Notes: generated by a model not told the origin, from the sequence alone. DNA of 62,962 nt, filler included, from Octopus bimaculoides (GCF_001194135.2; 5 parts of 5 records of this genome joined end to end with filler, not necessarily neighbours in it), one strand, 5' to 3'. Positions 1 to 12,658 are shown, counted from the whole stretch's first letter. Program-made: numbers and translations.

Positions 1-70
1 CATCTAAAATCGCACTCTTCGTCTTGACTATTTACCTTCGTGAAGAGTTACGTCAATCCTTTTTTAAAAA

Positions 71-118
<48 letters not shown>

Positions 119-158
119 TATTATTATTATTGTTGTTGTTGTTGTTGTTATTATTATT
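71..158. repeat. (ATT)n/(GTT)n microsatellite
   Basis: Direct trinucleotide runs. Confidence 0.95.
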
Positions 159-477
159 CAGGATCTCCAACATGTAGATGGAAGGGAAATTACTATCTCT
201 AGACAAAAGATTTGATGCTTAGAATAAGATGGACTCCTCTTTAGGGACCTAAGATCCTGGACTAGAAATGACGAATTAAATGTCTGAAGGGCAGCGACAG
301 ACCGGATTTGTAGGGTTCCTGGGGGAGATTCGTTCCCTCTCCAGATTCTATAGTTTTTCATCCTGGAATAGAATGTTAAAACTAGTGGGAGATGTAAGTC
401 ACATGAGAAGATTATGGAAGTAAGACTAGCAGAAACAGAAGGGTAGAAGAAAGAGAGAGAAAAAAGAAAAATGTGAC

Positions 478-526
<49 letters not shown>

Positions 527-891
527 AAGAAGAAGAAGAAGGAGAAGAAGAAGAAGAAGAAGAAGAAGAAGAAGGAGGAGGAGGAGGAGGAGGAGAAGAA
601 GAAGAAGAAGAAGAAGAAAAAGAAGAAGAAAAACAAGAAGAAGAACAAGAACAAGAACAAGAACAAGAAGAACAAGAACAAGAAGAACAAGAACAAGAAG
701 AAGAACAAGAGCGAGAACAAGAACAAGAAAAACAAGAAGAAAAACAAGAAGAAAAACAACAACAACAAGAAAAACAAGAAGAAGAAGAAGAAGAAGAAGA
801 AGAAGAAGAAGAAGAAGAAGAAGAAGACAATAATCTAGAGAATATTGATAGTGCTGATGGCTTGCCGATCATATGATGATGATGATGATGT

Positions 892-938
<47 letters not shown>

Positions 939-1003
939 GTGAGGAGGAGGAGGAGGAGGAGGAGGAGGAGGTGGAGGAGGAAGTTATGATGATGATGATG
1001 CTC
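478..1003. repeat. Compound trinucleotide microsatellite (GTA, GAA, GGA, CAA, GAT, GAG)
   Basis: Direct reading; source of the poly-F/S/Y ORFs. Confidence 0.95.
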
Positions 1004-1770
1004 ATGAAGTAGCAAAAAAAATAATAACGAGGTGCAAATATAAAGAAAAAAGAAAACGGGAAAGTAAAAGAAAGGCTGAAGAGAAACGAACGTAATTACA
1101 GAGTGTAGGGAGCAGACGCAGTGAAGTATAAAAGTGAAGCGAAAGTATAAAAGGGCAGAGGGAGGAGATGAAAAATAGAAATGGGGAGAAGGACGTGAAG
1201 GAAGTCTTGAGGTTGTAAAGGGATACATGAATAACATGAAGTGAATGATTGGCAGATGGTGAAAGGGGAAGGGGCAGAAAGGGAGAGATAGACGTATTCG
1301 GAAAGTGGCGATGGTGGGGAGGTATAGAATGCAGGGAACAATAAAGAAATGTAGGCCAGGTAAAATAGAGTTAAAGGGGAAGCGTAGAATAAGGTAAAGG
1401 GTTTGTTAATTATGGAAATATGAGAGCTCACTAATGTTGTCAATGCTGCCAGGAGATCTAAAAACGGTTAAATGAAATGAAATGAAGAGTAATTATTAAA
1501 TCTCTCTGTTTCGTAGAATTCAAATTTTACCTTTTTAAATTAATATTTTCAGGAAGAGATCTTATTGAAAAACAGTTCGGACCAAGTCTAATAATCTTTT
1601 TTTTTTTTTTGTCGAATCAATGGAATGCTTGGGTATTTTGGGAAAGCATGTCGCTGGTAACCTTTTATAGCCGCTGTTTTTTGTTCTTTTTCACTTCCAC
1701 GAAGACTCAAAATGCGTTTCCGTCATCCTCTCGGAGAGTTTATGATCACTGCCATGACAAGATTTGATAA

Positions 1771-1992
1771 ATTGGTTTCGAGTTTTGGCACAAGGCCAGC
1801 AATTTCGGGGGGACGGAGTGAGCCGATTACATCGAACCCCAGTGCTCAAGTGGCACTTACATATTTTATCGACTCTGAAAGGATGAAAGGCAAAGTCGAC
1901 CTCGGCGGAATTTGAACTCAAAACGTAAAGACAAACGAAATGCTGCTAAGTATTTCGACCGGCATGCTAGCAACTCTGCAATCTCGCAACCT
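1771..1992 (-). mobile_element. tRNA-derived SINE family A (short tail ...ggccttgtgccaaaa..gaaaccaat)
   Basis: Body gagttcaaattccgccgaggtcgactttgcctttcatcc shared with more than 15 copies in the window. Confidence 0.9.
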
Positions 1993-2005
1993 TCACACGT
2001 CATAT

Positions 2006-2226
2006 ATTGGTTTCAAATTTTAGCACAAGGCCAGAAAGTTTGGAGGAGGGGATAGACGATTACATCGACCCCAGTACTCAACTGGTATTTATTTATTCTA
2101 TCGACCCCAAAAGGATGAAAAGCAAAGTCGACCTCAGTGGAATTTGAACTCAGAACGATATGACAGACGAAATGCCGCAAAGCATTTTGCCCGGCATTCA
2201 AATGATTCTGCCAGCTCGCAGCCGTC
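2006..2226 (-). mobile_element. SINE family A, short tail
   Basis: A-box-like gctggcagaa, B-box-like gagttcaaattcc, same body. Confidence 0.9.
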
Positions 2227-2243
2227 ACACGTGTTATATAACT

Positions 2244-2440
2244 TTTTATTTCTTTATTGCCAACAGAGGGCAAAACATAGAGGGGACAAACAAGGACAGA
2301 CAAAGGGATTAAATCGACCCCAGTGCGTAACTGGTACTTACTTGATCGACCTCGAAAGGATGAAAGGCAAAGTCGACCTCGGCAGAATTTGAACTCAGAG
2401 CGTAAAGACAGACGAAGTACCGTTAAGCATTTCGCCCAGC
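2244..2440 (-). mobile_element. SINE family A, long tail (tttgtctgtccttgtttgtcccc...gaaataa)
   Basis: Same body with an alternative 3' tail; head interrupted. Confidence 0.9.
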
Positions 2441-2444
2441 GTTT

Positions 2445-2679
2445 CTTATTTCATTATTACCCACAAGGGGCTAAACATAGAGGGGACAAACAAGGACAGA
2501 CAAAGGGATTAAGTCGAGTACATTGATCCCAGTGCGTAACTGCTACTTAATTTATCGACCCCGAAAGGATGAAAGGCAAAGTCGACCTCGGCGGAATTTG
2601 AACTCAGAACGTAACAGCAGGTGAAATACTGCTAAGCATTTCGCCCGGCGTGCTAACGTTTCTGCCAGCTCGCCGCCTT
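2445..2679 (-). mobile_element. SINE family A, full length, long tail, CpGs largely intact
   Basis: Head ggcggcgagctggcagaaacgttagcacgccgggcg; 17-bp direct repeat acacgtgttatataact at 2227-2243 and 2680-2696. Confidence 0.92.
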
Positions 2680-2764
2680 ACACGTGTTATATAACTGACA
2701 TGAGACGTATGACGCCAACACTTTTAATCGGTCTCGTCATCGGTAAATCACAGTAAAAATCAAA

Positions 2765-3165
2765 AGTGCAAGCGAGACTATGCTTAAGGAGCCTGCTTCG
2801 CAACCACGTGGTCTTAGTTCAGTTCCACTGCGCAGCACTTTGGGCAAGTGTCTTCTACCAGAGCCCCGGGGCGACCAACGCCTTGAGAGTGAATTCAGTA
2901 GACAGGAACTGAAAGTAACTTGTAGTAAATGTGTGTGCGCGTGTGAGTGTGAGTGTGTTTGTCTCTGTTTGTCCCCTCCCACCGCTAAACAACCGGTGTT
3001 GGTTTGTTTATGTTCTCGTAACGTAGCAGTTTGCCAAAAACCGTCCGATAAAATAAGTACCAGGGTTAAAAATAAGTAAATAAGAGCTGGGATCGGTTCG
3101 TTCGACTAAAAATTTCAAAGTGATGCCCCAGCATGGCTGCAGGCCAATGCCAAAAGCAAGTAAAT
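2765..3165 (+). mobile_element. tRNA-derived SINE family B (CORE-like ttgggcaagtg, internal (GT)n, tail ccagcatggc.gcag)
   Basis: Matches many copies in the window. Confidence 0.85.
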
Positions 3166-3494
3166 GATATAAAATATATATAATAATGCTCTTGTTTAGA
3201 GTTATGAGCCAATACCTAATTGTAGTACCAACCTATAGATAATATTTGTTATTGACATCTTTCGTCGCTGTATAATGCCGAAAGCTGTAGCAATCCGCTA
3301 GAAAATCGAAAAGAGAAAAAAAAACAGAAAAAAACGGCAGGAGAAAAACCAATTATCCGGTGTTTTCGAATAAAAGTACTCCCGTTGTATATATTCGCTT
3401 CTAGTTGCTCAGAGACTCTGTAATCATTGTCGCTGTAAGAAATGCGATGAAACACTGTTTGTTCTGCTCTGAAACCTATAACTCAGGATGCTGT

Positions 3495-3735
3495 TTCGTT
3501 TTTGTATCTGATTTGCAAGATTCTTATGTCAATTCGTGTGTTGAAATAAATTCTGTTGTGTCTGGGGGAGATATCCTTTGATAAAGTTGCAAAAGCAACG
3601 AAAAGGCTTTTTGGAACAGACAAAAGATAAATGAATAAATAAACAAATAAATGAGTGGAAATTGAAGCGGTAAGTGTGTTAAATATATTAAGGCAATATG
3701 ATTCTTCCCAGATACAACAAGGATATTATTGTTGA
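3495..3735. mobile_element. Inverted pair of Penelope-like terminal relics with a degenerate hammerhead-like motif at 3578-3617
   Basis: Homologous to 4825-5125 and 14370-14600; motif tTGATAAa-gttgc-aaaa-gcaac-GAAA. Confidence 0.5.
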
Positions 3736-4379
3736 CCAAGTGTCATACGAAATAAATTACAACAAACTCTGAAGAGAATGCAATGTGCTGTGAAGCCTAC
3801 TTGTCTTCCTAGGAATGAACTGTAAAGTACTTCAAACCAGAACCGATGCCTTGTCGATGGGAAGCCGCCAGATTTAAGGTGATATTTACATTTGCAGCAA
3901 AACGAAATCTACTTTAGCATCAACGCCATCAGATAATTTGTAATTCTAGAATATGATCATTGGCTTTCACGGAATATATCAGAGAATTAGTTATAGAAAT
4001 TATATGAAGGACTTATATTACATAATTTATTATTGGTGCCAATGTCAAAATGTTTCCAACTGTTAATCACATTTTTTCTATCTTCTGTAAAACAGAACAT
4101 TTCAAATGGTTTCATTTCAATCGTTAGGTTCAACATATACGTACCTATGATAAACATCGAATATAATTTACCAACTTCTATTTCATGTAGTTTCACGACG
4201 CTATCACAAGAAGCACACGAATTTATTTCCAATAGTGGCAGACATATTGGGCTAAAGTCGGTGCCAGAATTATTCTCAGCTGTACGCGCTGACTTTCTTT
4301 CTTAGTTGTTGACTGTGGAAAAATAACAAAAGCAACTTGTTATTGCCGGTACTGGTGCTACCACCACCACGACCCCCTG

Positions 4380-4415
<36 letters not shown>

Positions 4416-4582
4416 GCAATTGCATTACTACATTTTGTTGAACATTATGTTGCATTTTACATTTTGTAAATACAATTTTCTCACTGCTCACGAAACTCCT
4501 ACCCCGCAACTGTTTTCTTGTCGCTTATATCTTTGACACCACCACCACCAACAAGAACAATAATACTAATAACGGTTTGTGT

Positions 4583-4791
4583 TTAGGCTCAAGGCCATCA
4601 GATGTGAAAGGAGAGGGCTTAATCAAAAGAAAAAATAAAACCCAAGTATTTGACTGATTCTTCATTTTATCAACCACGAAGGATGAAAGGCAAAGTCAGC
4701 CTTGACGAGATTTGAATTCACAATGTAAAAACCTAGAAGAAATAACAAGGCATTTTACCCGACGCTCTAACGATTATGAGAGCTCGCCACC
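4583..4791 (-). mobile_element. SINE family A, diverged
   Basis: ggatgaaaggcaaagtc..gatttgaattca; head gagctcgccacc. Confidence 0.8.
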
Positions 4792-4824
4792 TTACATAAT
4801 AATAATAATAATAATAATAATCAG

Positions 4825-5125
4825 GAAAGTATTTCGTATGTGTATTTCGTGTGCAAGATTCTTGATGTAGATACGTGTGTTGAAAGGAATACAATTAAAC
4901 CTTGGGAGAGGCATTATGCCGATAATAAACACACGCACTGGTTCAGTCCTTTATTAATTTATATAGTTTTTTGTTAAATTATTTCATTGCACTCTTGCAA
5001 TCTCTTCTTGAAGAGATTGCAAGAGTGCAATGAAATAATTTAACAAAAAACTATATAAATTAATAAAGGACTGAACCAGTGCGTGTGTTTATTATCGGCA
5101 TAATGCCTCTCCCAAGGTTTAATTG
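4825..5125. mobile_element. Penelope-like terminal relic with a perfect fold-back palindrome (arms 4892-5007 and 5010-5125)
   Basis: 116-bp arms with no mismatch and a TT spacer; homology to 14370-14600. Confidence 0.65.
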
Positions 5126-5341
5126 CAGGAAAGTATTATACAGCTGAAAAGAACGAATAGCATGGTACCATAGGCTACAGGTAGTAAGCCCGCTATGCGT
5201 ACAAGACTACAGGAGCTCCAACAAAACTTTGTATAAAGAGATAATAGTAATAATTATGGTTTTAAATCTTGGCACAAAGCCAAGGATTTAAGGAAGGGGG
5301 CTAGTCGGTTAATTCAACTCCGACCCCGAAGTCTATGTTGA

Positions 5342-5466
5342 AGGACTTTTAACCTGTCATTTATGAATAAACTTCAGATATCGTTGATCTTGTGATGACA
5401 TTACGGACATTGCTAGATCGAGAGAAATTCTACAAGCGCGGATGTAAAGTCAATTTAGCCTGTCAG
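5342..5466 (+). mobile_element. Short L1/Tx1 ORF2 fragment, inverted relative to 6188-6312
   Basis: About 80% identical by eye to the reverse complement of 6188-6312. Confidence 0.75.
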
Positions 5467-5479
5467 TAAATCCTTTCAA

Positions 5480-5635
5480 GTTTTTGGCGCAAGGCCAGCA
5501 AGTTTAGGAGGGATGTCAGTCCATTACATCGACCCCAGTACTTGACAGGTATTTTTTTCTATCGATTCCGAATTTATGAAAAATAAAGACGTGGGTGGTA
5601 TTTGAATGTAGAGAACGGAAAGAAATACTGCAGAA
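5480..5635 (-). mobile_element. SINE family A, diverged
   Basis: ttttggcgcaaggccagc...ttacatcgaccccagtact. Confidence 0.75.
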
Positions 5636-5804
5636 GTATTACAGAAACAAATATTAAAAACAGTGGGTTTTATAAAGAATTGAATAAAATGCAAAAAATA
5701 ATAGTGTGTAAGGATAATATAAAGGAATTGAAATGTTCTTATAGAATGATAACAAAGAGTTGGATAAGGGTCGTAAAGATACTGGATAGACTTTTTTGCT
5801 AAGT

Positions 5805-7755
5805 AAAAAGCTCCTTCTCCGTCCTACAAGTATATAATGACAATAAATTCATTGATCTGGACTTAATCGTCCCTCACTTACTGGAAGGTATCACTTCCTT
5901 TTCCTTGTTGAAGAATTGAAGTTGATGAAGACTAGGCTGAAGATGAAACTGTCGGTCTTCCGTCCTTTCAATTTTGTCCACCAAACAGTATATTTCTCTA
6001 GAGTCACCCGACAAAATATTGCCTACACTTCCTGCACAAAGGAAGATGGAGAGATTTTAACGATGGAATCGGTTGATAGCGAGATATTTCTCACAGGCGA
6101 AAAGTATTAGCAGGCAGCAGCAACGAGTCAGAAATGTTTGGACATAAAATGAGAACGTGTTGAACAGCTTTTCAACTCTGTGCTTCACGGACAGGTAGGG
6201 TTAACTTTACATCCGTGCTTGTAGAGTTTCTCTCGAGCTAGCAACGCCTGTAATATCACCACAAGCTCGGAGATATCTGGAAGTTATGCATAAATGACAG
6301 GCTAAAAGTCCTCTAGAGAAGACTATGGTCGAAGCTTGAAGCATACTCGAAAGCGTCGTCACCTTTTTCCATGATTCCTAAAGATCGCGATTTTTCACAT
6401 CTACTGGTCGTGTCACTGACATTCCAATTTCTAGGTGCCCACTCGTGGTCTTTAGTTGACTCTGTACTACAGCTTAGTCACAGTCTGGAGCTGTAGTAAG
6501 ATATGCCTGACCAACAGCGACTTTTCCTGCACACTGCCCAGGAATCTCTGTAGATAACGCAGCCTCGGCGTGTTCTTGAACATCCTCTGTCACGGCAAAT
6601 GGAACACTCAGCACCGAGACTATTGGTGACAGGTGGACCAATAGACAAGTATAAAACTACCCTTCCACATAAAGTAAAACACCTGCTGAACCAATCCGGC
6701 CAGTGGCGATAATAAATGAGTTATACATTTTCTATTTCTGCCCTACATCGCGTCCAGAGAAGGGTCACTCGACCATTTTGGCATTAAAGACACCCCTGGA
6801 TCACAGATCTGTCATCTCCTCTTTGTCTTTTCTACTGTACTATTTATAGTCTCTGTTTTCCCAAAGCTATCATGTCTTGTATCTCCTCCACTCAAGCACT
6901 TCCAACACACTCGCCTCTCTCGTTCTCATTACTCATGCTGTGTTCGACCACCAAGCCTTGCACTAATCGTCATCTCAGTCCTTCCTTACCAGGACCTTTA
7001 AAATTCCTCTAGAATTCACTCATAGTTTTGACATGCTGCAATTTAAACAAAACATTACGAGCATCAAGTTCACCGTTTTCAGGAATTGCGCAATGGTCAT
7101 GAGGGTTGCTGCCTGTTGTGACAGACATCTGGTCTGCTAAGACAGGAACATAAAAGTCGGAATACATTCATAAATCTTGTAGTGCAGACCATCTACACGT
7201 GGAAATTTATTCTGATATTGGTATTTTGCAACATTCCATCTTTTCTGCGAAAAGCCGCAGCAAGCCATCGAGGTAAGTTCTAACGTCCACTGTGTCTTTT
7301 TGATCCACCACTGTCTTCAAGTTTTCGAGCAGTGTGCTGCAAGAAAACCAATCACGATCCAAGAAAACCAATCACGCCAAATACCTAATTATGGTTTTGC
7401 TTTCACGTCGCACCTCTGTCATCAGGATCCATATAACACCTTGTGCATCTTCATGTCTGAGAGCATGCGCCCAAGCTCTGAAAACGCAATCTCCATGTTT
7501 CGCGTTGAAGACATGACCAACATTATTTTCACCGTTAATATGTCTGTCACAATGCTTTTTAATCACCTTGTCTATTAAGAATCCTCTTTGTGAAAGGTGA
7601 ACAACTGTGGTGGTGGCTCGATCTGGAATTCTGCGCTGTTCTCTTGTAGGACAATGCGTCCTTCCTTTCTTAATGAAGTAGGGTGTATTTGAGAAAATGA
7701 CGCTGTTTTTTCTGATAGGTTGAACGAATATATAGAGGCACTTTCTTAAGCTCAT
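5805..7755 (-). mobile_element. Degraded L1/Tx1-clade LINE ORF2 with a large internal RT deletion
   Basis: Frameshifted peptides VRTYLDGLLRL, PRVDGLHYKIYECIP (RT entry), SRGILKVL, FYFMWKG..RLRYLQRFL, and REKLYKHGCKVNPTCP..VQHVLILCP (C-terminal Zn knuckle). Confidence 0.8.
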
Positions 7756-7819
7756 TAATAACTAGAGGCAACTACAAGTCACTACAAGCTCGCCGTCTCT
7801 AAGACAGCAGTTTACGCTA

Positions 7820-7994
7820 GTATATTTGTCTGTTTGTCTGTCTATCTGACTGTTTGTCTCGCTGTCTGTATGGCTGACTGGCTGGCTGGATAGATAAATA
7901 AAGGTATGAAAGCCTGTATTTACGTGTGTATGTGTGTGTGTATGTGTGTGTGTTCGTATGTATGTATGCATGTATGTATGTATGTATGTATTTA

Positions 7995-8027
<33 letters not shown>

Positions 8028-8060
8028 ATGTATGTATGTATGTATGTATGTGTGCTATTC
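7820..8060. repeat. Compound (TGTC)/(TATG)/(TG) microsatellite
   Basis: Direct reading. Confidence 0.9.
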
Positions 8061-8169
8061 ATTAAAGTCGTGAAGATATTTTTCGGTTTTAATACATAAT
8101 ATATTACTCTACCTTTGGTATCCGAGCACTATTTTTTCCACCTTGTATTACATCTGTGCACTTAATTGT

Positions 8170-8222
<53 letters not shown>

Positions 8223-8225
8223 AAC

Positions 8226-8402
8226 GCGAGCAGGCAGAATAGTTAGCATGTCGAGCAAAATGCTTAGCAGCATTTCATCCGTCTTTACGCTCTGAATTCA
8301 AATTCCACCGAGGTTGACTTTGCCTTTTATCCTTTAGGGGTCGATAAAATAAATACCAAATGAACACAGGGGTCGATGTAATCGACTTACACCACCAAAT
8401 TA
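8226..8402 (+). mobile_element. SINE family A
   Basis: gcgagcaggcagaatagttagc...gaattcaaattccaccgagg. Confidence 0.85.
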
Positions 8403-10482
8403 CTTTCTAATATGCATGTCTATCTTTATATGCATATATATTTATGTACGTTTATGTGTGTATGTATGAGAATGTGCGTGTTATAAATATATGTATTTTT
8501 CTATCACCAAGTTAACTTCTATATCGTCGAGGATCATTATATTTTACTCTTTTAAATTCTTTTCATCAACAATAATAATGATGATGTAGCTTCTCTTCTC
8601 GTCAAAATTGAGATGTTAAAGGAATAATGTCAGCTTCAATATACCACTGTCTTTACATTCCGCCTGAAATAAAGCACAAAACAAAACATCTTTAAATATA
8701 GGTAAGGATTTTCAGCTTCTAGAACGCAAGGTAATTATATAGCAGTGATCAGCTAATAGGAGCACCAACCACCGACCACTACATGTTCCAAGAAAGAAGC
8801 TGAAGAACAGCTGGACGAAGAAGAAATATGATAAAGCGATTTACGAACAAAAGACAGATTAAAAAAAAAAGAATGAATAAAACAAAACCAGTTGAATTCT
8901 ATTAGAAAGACGTTTGCTAGCAGTAACGTGCCATAAGTACTTATTAGAATGGTCATCGATAGAATCAAATAAATGCTATGTTTGATAAAGCTGAATTACA
9001 ACTTGGAAAATAACAAATATTCTTCAACCGAACATTTATCATCCTATAAAGAAATTATTATTGTTATCGTAATTATTATTATTACGAATCTTTAAGATCA
9101 TCATCATTATACTCACTACCATTATAAATCATCACTCGTCATCATCATCATCAATGTTATTATTGTAATTGCTGTTATTAATAATGAAGGTCTGAGGCGA
9201 AGAATCACAAAATATTGGGGGGAAAAGTAAACAAAAGTCTCAACAAAATCAATATAAGCATCAACTGTAAAAGGTGTCATACTGATATTTTTGTCTCCTT
9301 TCAAATGTCAATAGTGAAATATTAGTTCAGCTTGGAGCTTCGGTAACAGTCACATCATGATTTAACAAACGAACAGATTCAGAGCACTCACCTTTGCTTC
9401 AACTACTCTCTCTCTCTCTCTCTCTCTTTATCCATCCGTTTCTCTTTCTTTTTGTTAATCTATCTGTCCAATCCAATCTATCCATTTCCCGCTAATCTTT
9501 ATTTCTTTTTCTTCTTGTCATCATTCTTTACTTTTCACTGGTTTCTTTTCAATGCAAACGTTGCATTTCCTAAGTTCATAATTTCCTATTTCCTTCTCTC
9601 CAATCGCGCCTCCGTCAATTCTAATTCACAGAACAATACTTTACATTTCATCATTTCAAAATGTTTCATCTTTTAACTGAACCCATTAATTATGTGAGTG
9701 TATATATGTTTTTGTTCTTTTTAATGAGTCAAAGATTCTATTAGCTTGTCAATTTGTCTTCCTCCTTCTCTCAACATTGTTTCCTTCTATTAACAACTTC
9801 TAATCCCTCTTCTGTTTTACTCCCTCTCTCTCTCTTTCTGTTTTCGTATCCCTCCATCCTTCCCCTCTCTCTATCTTTCTATCTCCTTTGCTATATCTTT
9901 ATATATATTTCTGTTGATACAGCTTTCGACCACTTTTCCACTCTCCAAATTCTTTCTTCTGCAATATTTTCCTTTCTTACAAAACTCTCTGTTCCTTTAT
10001 CCTCTTCCTACCTCTCACGCTTCGTGTTTTGTTTCTCTTTCCTCACTATATTTCTCTTTCACATCCTAATATTTCCCTCCTTTCCTAACACTCGTCGCCA
10101 TGTTTCAGTTTCTTGATTCTACCTTCTCTCTTCTCTATCGTTTATCATATTTTCTCTACCCCACCGCCACCTCTTTCTCTATCTCTTCACTTCACTCTTC
10201 TGACATTTGACAGCTTCTTTGCTGCTGCTATTCTTTGATAATTTCTGGTATTTTCTGTTTGTTTTCACACCTCATTCATTCCATTCAAAGGTCTATATTT
10301 TATTCTTGCCTTCAGCATTTCTCTATGATTTAAGAAACTCTTTTTTTTTTGTATCCTGACTTTTAATTTAAGTTATTATTCTTCCCTCGATCATATTTAT
10401 GAAATATTCTATTCAACGACTTCCAAATTCTCCTTGTTATTGTTATTTTACTATAATGCTGTGCGTGTGTGTGTGTATGTGA

Positions 10483-10526
<44 letters not shown>

Positions 10527-10762
10527 NNNNNNNNNNNNNNNNNNNNNNNNNNNNNNNNNNNNNNNNNNNNNNNNNNNNNNNNNNNNNNNNNNNNNNNNNN
10601 NNNNNNNNNNNNNNNNNNNNNNNNNNNNNNNNNNNNNNNNNNNNNNNNNNNNNNNNNNNNNNNNNNNNNNNNNNNNNNNNNNNNNNNNNNNNNNNNNNNN
10701 NNNNNNNNNNNNNNNNNNNNNNNNNNNNNNNNNNNNNNNNATATATCCACGAAAACGCGCGT

Positions 10763-10828
<66 letters not shown>

Positions 10829-11011
10829 AGCTGGCTTAAATTTGAGTAGTTCTTTACACTCTCCAATGAAATATGATGCAAGGATTTTCGAACAACAGGT
10901 ATTCGTAATTATACATACACACATATAAAATATAGGCACAGGAAACACAAAGATATACTTGTATCCATCTATCCTTCCATTCATCCATCTATCTATCTCT
11001 TTATCCATGTG

Positions 11012-11049
<38 letters not shown>

Positions 11050-11060
11050 TATATGTACTA

Positions 11061-11102
<42 letters not shown>

Positions 11103-11202
11103 NNNNNNNNNNNNNNNNNNNNNNNNNNNNNNNNNNNNNNNNNNNNTTAATTAATTAANNNNNNNNNNNNNNNNNNNNNNNNNNNNNNNNNNNNNNNNNN
11201 NN
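11103..11202. other. Artificial scaffold-joining spacer (44 N + TTAATTAATTAA + 44 N)
   Basis: Exactly 100 bp, palindromic six-frame-stop linker, four identical occurrences. Confidence 0.95.
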
Positions 11203-11242
<40 letters not shown>

Positions 11243-11679
11243 GGTATACATATATGTATAAACAGAACATGCATACATATTTATGTATTTATGCTCAACC
11301 ATTTCATTTAATTCGGGTGCAAGTAAACTCGGTTGATAGAAAAATTGAATTTTCATCGTTGAAACCGACGGAGAACCATGCACAGAAGCAAACTGAGACA
11401 AACTATTCCTCATCGACTCTAGAAATGTGTTTTCCTCCTTGATCAACCCCATATTGCTTTAAAGAATTCATTTTGCTTCTACCATTCACACGCTAACAAT
11501 ATAAGATATATCTTTCTCCAAGTTATATCTTCAACAGAGAGTGTTGTCGAATGAATCGACTTTAGTTTTACCATTCATTGCTTATTATACGAACCAACAA
11601 ATAGTCTATTCACGATAACTGCATTTACTAGGAACAACAGCCAATAATCTGTTGAATTACACCATTTCTTTTCTACTCT

Positions 11680-12082
11680 AGGCTCAAAGTCAGAAATTTT
11701 GGGGAGGGATCCAGTCAATTATATCGACCCCAGTACGCAACTGGTACTTAATTTATCGATCCCGAAAGGATGAATGGCGAGTGGACCTCGGCGGGATTTG
11801 AACTCAGAAAGTAAAGACAGACGAAATATCGCTAAGCATTTTGCCCGATGTGCTAACGTTTCTTATGTCCTTATTGCCCACATGGAGCTCAACATAGAGG
11901 GGACAAACAAGGACAGACATGGCTCGATTACATCGACCTCAATGCGTAACTGGTACTTAATTTATCGACCCCAAAGGATAAAAAGCAAAATCGACCTCGG
12001 CGGAATTTGAACTCTGAACGTAAAGACGGACGAAAAATTGCTAAGCATTTCGCTCGGCGTGCTAACGTTTCTACCAGCTCAC
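11680..12082 (-). mobile_element. Tandem SINE A dimer; long tail of one copy abuts the A box (gaaacg) of the next at about 11862
   Basis: Direct reading. Confidence 0.85.
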
Positions 12083-12525
12083 CACTTTGATGTTGGATTA
12101 TACCATTGTAAAGAAAAAGGTTGACAGGAAGACTAAAAATGAATGATGTATCAGGTAGAAATAAAAACCACTTTTCTTTTAATATTTAGTACAGGCAAAA
12201 AGTCGCCTTTTTTTTTCCTGTGGAAAAGCATATGTGAACTGTATAATAGCCACAAAAGCAGCTCGGTAGACAAAATGATTTACGCGTTAGACCAAATGCT
12301 TTGTGGCACTTCATTCGATTCTTCCCAATCTGAGCTCAAGTCCTATCGGTGTCAATTTGTCTTTCTGTCTTTTGGGATCGATAAAGTAAATTACTAATCA
12401 AATATTGGAGCCAATATTATCGACCTACTTTATCCTGCAGGATTTCACACGTTGTTTTTATATAATTAATAGTATATAATTAATTTTATATAATATTTGC
12501 GACGACACCTTTTTTTACAACTAAC

Positions 12526-12658
12526 CTTTTGTGAGCACACGTTTCTTGTGCGTAAATAAATTTTGAGTGCACTGGCTGGAAAACAATTTGACATGCATAG
12601 TATTTAGATGGAGTATTTCTTTGCTTCTCATCATCTCGCTTTCGATCATAGACCTGAG
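12526..12658 (-). other. Candidate internal exon of unknown gene
   Basis: Polypyrimidine tract + ccag acceptor, aag|gttagt donor, two open frames; no recognisable protein. Confidence 0.25.

Noticed and set aside
158-420. Possible fifth Dong-like 3' end beside (ATT)n
   Set aside because: Only LLLGT matches; no convincing endonuclease motifs
24-1237. Homopolymeric ORFs (poly-I, F, S, Y), also near 13.3, 18.1, 19.7, 28.0 and 58.2 kb
   Set aside because: Translations of microsatellites
9385-9400. Minus-strand donor aag|gtgagt
   Set aside because: No acceptor or open exon upstream; the flank is (GA)n
10363-10928. Long ORFs full of X, also at 27.1 kb and other gaps
   Set aside because: They are open only because they cross N gaps
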